The notes under the pieces were generated by a model. That model was given only the letters and a program-made list of their open reading frames with translations, searched no databases and had not been told where the DNA came from. Of a stretch of DNA of 35,320 nucleotides, positions 30,680-35,320 are shown in pieces. This stretch comes from Candidatus Woesearchaeota archaeon (lineage in GTDB: Archaea > Nanobdellota > Nanobdellia > Woesearchaeales > B72-G16). The stretch's first letter is position 1; each line of letters begins with the position of its first letter. The translations under genes were made by a program, and so were the position numbers. Location of the stretch: NCBI GenBank assembly GCA_003650545.1, contig QMQO01000013.1:1-35320 (forward strand). Direction: 5' to 3'.

Positions 30680-32098
30680 TCACAGTTTTTCTACAAGAAG
30701 AGTTAAACCCTCCCTTTTAACAACTCTTATTTTTTCACCTTTTTTGATTACACCTGACAGGCTTCTAGCACGCCAGATCTCGCCTAACACCCGAACCTCT
30801 CCATCCGGTCTTAAGTCTTTTAGGGCTACACCCACCTCACCTATAAGTTTCTCGGGTCCTACGACGGGCTTCCTACGTTGCGCCTTGGCCACCTTGAATA
30901 CCAGTACACCGAATATTGAAAGCAGTATTGCACTTGACAATACTATCGAAGACCAGATTTTCCCCATCTCTTCCTCCGTCAACCAAAGGTTACCTGAGGG
31001 GATTAGCATCAATCCACCAACCACTATACTTAATGCCCCCAGTATGGCCAGTACTCCTATATGCGTTTTAAGTTCAAGCAGCATTAACGTGAAGCCTATA
31101 ACCAGGAACAATAGTCCCCCAAAATCCACCCCGATGACACCTAACCCTATAATGGATGCAGCAACCATCAATGCACCAGCTATTTCCATGCCATATCCAG
31201 GAGTCTTTAAGCCCGTAAAGAGTATAAGCAAGCCCATTATAAGGAGAAGCTCGGCTATAAGGGGGTTTGTCAGAAACCTTAGTAAATATATTTGTGGGCC
31301 AGGTTTAAAGTATACTATATTTGCAGAGGAGATCCCTTTAAATTCCACCATGCTAATGGTCTCGTATTTTTCAGCCTCTGAATACTCTATAAGCTGCCAC
31401 ACCTCTTCACCATTTACCACAACTTTTATCAACACCTTATCCTCGAGCTCGTGTAGAAGCTCCTCCACACTATCAGCAATAACCTCAATGACATGGTTTT
31501 CCAAAGCCTCTCTAGCACCTAAATTGAGGTTTTGTTCAACAAAAAGCCTTGCTACAGTAGTATTCCTAGAATGTATCCTTGCATGGTGAACCATTAATCC
31601 GACTAAAGCATTAATCACCTTGGATTCATTTACATAAACTGGCCCAGCCAAGGTCATCATAACCGGTTGCGCAGAGCCTACAATGGTACCACTCGCCATT
31701 GCAGCAATATGTGAAGCCATCAGAATGTATGCTCCACCGCTCCAAGCAGTTGCACCAACCGGGTAAACCAGAACAGCTACAGGTACTTTAGAAGACTCCA
31801 TCATAACCATAATGTTTTTAACCGATGAAACGCTTCCGCCAGGAGTATCAAGCAGAACGACGACAAGCTTAGCACCGATGGCTTCAGCCTCCTTAATCAC
31901 GTTTCTGAAGAGAACCTCAGTCGCCTCTGTAATCTCCTCCTGAATACTTACAACAATAACGTTTTTTCGGTTTTCATCAGCATAGAGAAAAGGTGCGAGT
32001 AGGCTGATGAAGAATAAGAAGATTATAAAAAATAATGACGCCTTACTACGCCTACCATACATGGCTATCATTATCAGATAATACATTAACTCTAACAT
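30680..32098 (-). CDS. nfeD: NfeD-family membrane serine protease (stomatin operon partner, ClpP-like domain + TM + OB-fold)
   Basis: LDTPGG, AWSGGAYILMASHIAAM and GSAQP motifs, several TM helices, and C-terminal GEVRVLGEIWRA..G..VVKREGLTLLVE. Confidence 0.93.
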   Translation of the reverse strand: MLELMYYLIMIAMYGRRSKASLFFIIFLFFISLLAPFLYADENRKNVIVVSIQEEITEATEVLFRNVIKEAEAIGAKLVVVLLDTPGGSVSSVKNIMVMMESSKVPVAVLVYPVGATAWSGGAYILMASHIAAMASGTIVGSAQPVMMTLAGPVYVNESKVINALVGLMVHHARIHSRNTTVARLFVEQNLNLGAREALENHVIEVIADSVEELLHELEDKVLIKVVVNGEEVWQLIEYSEAEKYETISMVEFKGISSANIVYFKPGPQIYLLRFLTNPLIAELLLIMGLLILFTGLKTPGYGMEIAGALMVAASIIGLGVIGVDFGGLLFLVIGFTLMLLELKTHIGVLAILGALSIVVGGLMLIPSGNLWLTEEEMGKIWSSIVLSSAILLSIFGVLVFKVAKAQRRKPVVGPEKLIGEVGVALKDLRPDGEVRVLGEIWRARSLSGVIKKGEKIRVVKREGLTLLVEKL

Positions 32099-32229
32099 AA
32101 ATGTTTGGAAAACAAGGATACACGTTTCTTGACAAAAGAGTTTAACTGAAGACTATTTGCCTGTTTGAGTACTTAGGATATTTTGAAAACTTCGGAAACG
32201 TTACGTTTATATTTCTCTTCTACAATTAT

Positions 32230-32400
32230 GGGTGACGAAGCCATCAGGCTTAGCCGATGACGGCACAATCCCGTAACCCGCACCCTGTGGTGTGCGGGAA
32301 TGTAGCTCCCGATGAGCCACCAATTAGAGATGAGGTGGCTAAGGGAGAAGCCCGTGCAAGATCCCATAATATCAAAATATCCAAAATACCATGCACGGGC
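32230..32400 (+). ncRNA. Putative structured ncRNA, copy B of an unassigned two-copy motif
   Basis: TATA-like TTTATA at 32206-32211 followed by a GC-rich multi-hairpin region. Homologous to 29281-29380 on the minus strand. Confidence 0.65.
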
Positions 32401-32474
32401 AACCACCACCGAACTTGTAGATATAATGAAAAGATTTATTTTCTAGCATTAACACATAAATCTCGGTTAAAGCC

Positions 32475-32978
32475 TTGATGAATCCAGTTAAACGGTCTCT
32501 ACTTCCCCCTACAGCAAGAAAAATGTTCAATGCTACATATTATATGTCCCAGCCTGGGAGTCGTAGAGGATACGGCTATGGTAGGGGCCTTGGAAGCTGG
32601 AGTAATATAACCTTACCTTCAATACCTCCTCCCCCTGCCAGCAGCCTACGAGTGGTTGTTTCGGTCGATGAAGATAAAGGGTTAAATTCGAGGGTATCGT
32701 TTAGATTTGCCCGAGCACCCTTTTTCCTAATAGTGGATATAGTTGGTAAAAAACCAACCAACGTTAAAGTAATCTCTAACACTATGTCAACTGCTCCCCG
32801 CGGTGTGGGTGCAGCGGTAGGTCAATGGCTTATAAATATAGGAGCAAGGATCGTCGTCGGCCCACATTTTGGGCCAAACATTTCGATGATTTTATCTCAA
32901 GCTGGAATAGAGGCTCGAGAAGCTAAGCCAGGTGTAACTGCATTAAATGTACTCAAAGAACTTGGATTAATGGGGTAA
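32475..32978 (+). CDS. NifB/NifX-family (dinitrogenase FeMo-cofactor-biosynthesis-like, COG1433) protein with a Gly/Arg-rich N-terminal extension
   Basis: VSFRFARAPFFLIVD, GVGAAVGQWL and FGPN..L..AGI motifs. The true start may be ATG 32544. Confidence 0.85.
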   Translation: MMNPVKRSLLPPTARKMFNATYYMSQPGSRRGYGYGRGLGSWSNITLPSIPPPPASSLRVVVSVDEDKGLNSRVSFRFARAPFFLIVDIVGKKPTNVKVISNTMSTAPRGVGAAVGQWLINIGARIVVGPHFGPNISMILSQAGIEAREAKPGVTALNVLKELGLMG

Positions 32979-32985
32979 ACTTTCC

Positions 32986-33870
32986 TTGGAAATCGTCGTA
33001 GCCAGCGGCAAGGGGGGTACAGGAAAAACTTTCATAGCATCAAACCTAACCCTATTCCTAAAGGAAAGAATGGGAAATGTGGTTTCACTAGATGCAGATA
33101 TAGAGGCTCCAGACCTTTTAACGGCTTTAGGTGGTCCAAAAAATATACTTAAACAACATGAAATATGGGATTCAGCAAAAGCTGAGATTGATTACTCGAA
33201 ATGCGTTCACTGTATGCGATGCCTAAAAGTATGTTCATTTCACGCCCTCAGAGAAAAAAGTGGAAGAATAGAAATCATACCGGAGTTCTGTGAAGGTTGT
33301 GGAGCTTGCAAATACGTGTGCCCAACAAATGCTATAACCTATAAGAAAACCAGGACGGGTGTAATTTACATCGCACAGTGTAGGCTGGGTGTGCCTGTAG
33401 TTACAGGTGACCTAGAAGTAGGTCAACGTAACCTAGGACACCTAGTTTATGAGGCAAAAAAGGTGGCAAAAAAGGTGGCTGAGGAAGTGAACTCAAAACA
33501 TATTATAGTAGATGCTGCGGCCGGAATAGGTTGCCCTGTAATATCAAGCCTAGCTGGTGCAGATGTTCTTTTAATAGTAGTAGAGCCTACGCCACAGTCT
33601 CTTAAGGGTGCCAAAAGACTGTTGCAGGTAGCTGAAAAATTTAATCTAGAGAAATTTATGATAATCAATAAATATGACTTGAATAGAGATTTTTCGAGAA
33701 AAATCAATGACCATTTTAAAACAAGAATACTGGGAAGAATACCCTACAACGAGGATGTGATAGAATCCTATACCGCCATGAACCCAATACTCTTCTATAA
33801 ACCTGCTTCCCCCATTTCCAAGACATTAAAGGAAATCTTCCAAACACTAGTGGAGGAAGCCGAGATTTGA
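32986..33870 (+). CDS. MinD-superfamily P-loop ATPase with inserted 2x[4Fe-4S] ferredoxin domain (COG1149)
   Basis: SGKGGTGKT, DADIEAPD, CVHCMRC...C, CEGCGAC...CP, DAAAGIGCP and VEPT motifs. Confidence 0.92.
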   Translation: MEIVVASGKGGTGKTFIASNLTLFLKERMGNVVSLDADIEAPDLLTALGGPKNILKQHEIWDSAKAEIDYSKCVHCMRCLKVCSFHALREKSGRIEIIPEFCEGCGACKYVCPTNAITYKKTRTGVIYIAQCRLGVPVVTGDLEVGQRNLGHLVYEAKKVAKKVAEEVNSKHIIVDAAAGIGCPVISSLAGADVLLIVVEPTPQSLKGAKRLLQVAEKFNLEKFMIINKYDLNRDFSRKINDHFKTRILGRIPYNEDVIESYTAMNPILFYKPASPISKTLKEIFQTLVEEAEI

Positions 33871-34766
33871 GCAGAATAATAACTATCGCGGGAGGAAAAG
33901 GAGGAACAGGGAAAACAGCCATAGCCGTTAATCTAGCCATCATACTTAGCGAAAAAGGAAAAACCATACTGGTAGATGCAGATGTAGATAACCCCTGTAC
34001 ATTAACGATGTTTAACTTAAAGAACGTTTCAGGCCGAAAGGTAACTGCATTTAAACCGTTCATCAACCAAGAGAAATGCAGTTTATGCAGACTGTGTGTA
34101 GAAAACTGTCCGGAAAACGCTTTACTTCAAGTACCAGGTAAAGGAATTTTATTAGTGGATACCCTGTGTTCTGGATGCGGTGTATGCAAACTTGTGTGTC
34201 CTTTCGAGGCTATCGAAGATTCATCAACTTTGGCTGGCTTTATAAACAGATATAAAGTGGAAACGTTAGACCTGGATCTTCTAGTAGGAAACCTGAAACC
34301 ATCCAACAGAAGAAGTATAAACCTGATCATAGAGGTACTAGAGGAGGCACAGAAGATAAGCAGAGACTACGACTATGTGGTTGTAGATTCACCTCCAGGT
34401 ACCGGCTCAGGGATCTATGCCACAATAAAAGATGCATCAGTGATAATTGCCGTCACAGAACCCACTAGGCTTGGATTACATGACCTAAAGAAATTCTATA
34501 AACTCTATTTAAGGGTGGAGGCCAAACCGGATCTAATAGTGGTTGTTAATAAATACGGTGTTCGCGGTGGAGTATACAATGAAATTGAAGAATACCTTGC
34601 AGAGAAAGATATACAATGGTTTAAGATACCATACGATATGAAGCTTGTGGAGGCGCATGCTATGGGGGTACCTGTAGTGAAACTTTACCCCAGCTCACCA
34701 TCCTCTAGAGCCCTAAGAAAACTTGCTGAAGTCCTATGGAAGTCTAGCTTCAACTGCGGAGACTAA
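33867..34766 (+). CDS. Second MinD-superfamily P-loop ATPase with inserted ferredoxin domain (COG1149)
   Basis: GGKGGTGKT, DADVDNP, CSLCRLC...CP, CSGCGVC...CP, DSPPGTG and VTEPTRLGLHDL motifs. Confidence 0.92.
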   Translation: MSRIITIAGGKGGTGKTAIAVNLAIILSEKGKTILVDADVDNPCTLTMFNLKNVSGRKVTAFKPFINQEKCSLCRLCVENCPENALLQVPGKGILLVDTLCSGCGVCKLVCPFEAIEDSSTLAGFINRYKVETLDLDLLVGNLKPSNRRSINLIIEVLEEAQKISRDYDYVVVDSPPGTGSGIYATIKDASVIIAVTEPTRLGLHDLKKFYKLYLRVEAKPDLIVVVNKYGVRGGVYNEIEEYLAEKDIQWFKIPYDMKLVEAHAMGVPVVKLYPSSPSSRALRKLAEVLWKSSFNCGD

Positions 34767-35320
34767 ATCCATGAAAAGTGTATTAAAGTATCGTCGTCTA
34801 AGTCTCTCCAAACCCATAAAGTATCATTTATTTTACCATTATTTTTAATGAAATCTATTTTAGGCTGAGTAGTATAGTATATCTTCTGTGTCGATACATT
34901 AAAGGTGAACGAGAAACCTATTATAACATTAAAACCAGTGTATTGGATTGGCGCTGTAACCGATATACTTATGGTGAATGCCAGGGGCTTCTGGAAGACT
35001 ATATATCCTGTCCCCTGGCCCGTGGTCATAGCATCATGCTGGTATCCGGGTCCCAGCGAAGATGCATAGTCTGGGTGCTGTGAACCACATTCGTTGCATG
35101 ACACTGTTCTACCTAAGCTGGGGGTTCTCAGCTCCAGCGGTATCATGAATAGGTCGAATTCTATGGCATTGGCTAGAGGCCATAAATCCGTATAATACAT
35201 TTCATGGGAGAATAAAACCTGTCCATCAACCCTCCTTTTAACGCCGTCAGATACGGCTACTTTTACTGTTGTTTCAACTCTGGTTTCAACTTTACCTAGG
35301 CTACTGGGAGGCGACCAAAC
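34763..35320 (-). CDS. Hypothetical protein, 3' portion (5' end outside the window); beta-rich, possibly secreted
   Basis: The frame of ORF 34763-35200 stays open to the window edge (VWSPPSSLGKVETRVETTVKV...). Aromatic/Thr-rich with no recognisable motif. Confidence 0.6.
   Translation of the reverse strand, partial: VWSPPSSLGKVETRVETTVKVAVSDGVKRRVDGQVLFSHEMYYTDLWPLANAIEFDLFMIPLELRTPSLGRTVSCNECGSQHPDYASSLGPGYQHDAMTTGQGTGYIVFQKPLAFTISISVTAPIQYTGFNVIIGFSFTFNVSTQKIYYTTQPKIDFIKNNGKINDTLWVWRDLDDDTLIHFSWI

Noticed and set aside
30744..31589. 281-aa plus-strand ORF
   Set aside because: It is an antisense shadow of nfeD with Ser/Thr/Ile/Pro-biased composition and no motif. The other antisense ORFs inside the cas, malic enzyme and ATPase genes are rejected for the same reason.
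29350..32266. The 27-bp inverted match read as transposon terminal inverted repeats or as complementary leaders of a split tRNA
   Set aside because: There is no transposase, obvious target duplication or tRNA half. Similarity continues outward as covarying stems and conserved linkers, which fits two homologous RNAs better.
32297..32305. RATGYAG of the ncRNA motif is complementary to the 5' end of the CRISPR repeat RNA (CUGCAUU), like an anti-repeat
   Set aside because: Only 7-9 bp including G-U pairs, and type I-A needs no tracrRNA. It cannot be distinguished from chance.
32230..32400. Resemblance to RNase P RNA (GCTTAGCCG, GTGCAAG), SRP RNA (CCGTCAGGC, in copy A) or cobalamin/SAM riboswitch fragments
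   Set aside because: The essential cores (GAGGAAAGUCC and ACAGAA of RNase P, GGAAGG-AGCAG of SRP, B12 box, SAM P1/P3 elements) are absent or in the wrong order.

Overview
Archaeal (Thermoproteota-like) chromosomal window. The first 13.3 kb is one very long CRISPR array: about 205 copies (hand count) of the 25-nt repeat CTTTCAATATTCTTTTGAAATGCAG. It is transcribed on the minus strand from a leader at ~13280-13559 and probably continues beyond the left edge. A complete subtype I-A cas locus follows: a divergent Csa3-like regulator (-); csa1-cas1-cas2-cas4 (+); cas6 (-); csa5-cas7-cas5-cas8a-cas3'-cas3''-csa3 (+). Downstream are a tandem ribbon-helix-helix protein, a collapsed fumarate hydratase/fumarate reductase pseudo-operon, a malic enzyme, a C/D-box sRNA, an nfeD-stomatin pair, a NifB/NifX-family gene plus two ferredoxin-containing MinD-like ATPases, and a truncated hypothetical gene. 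The most notable unexplained signal is a structured non-coding RNA motif in two outward-facing copies (~29281-29380 minus, ~32230-32400 plus). The copies share a 26/27-nt core, conserved linkers and loop, a fully covarying 7-bp stem and a compensatory change suggesting a pseudoknot. I cannot assign the motif to a known family.
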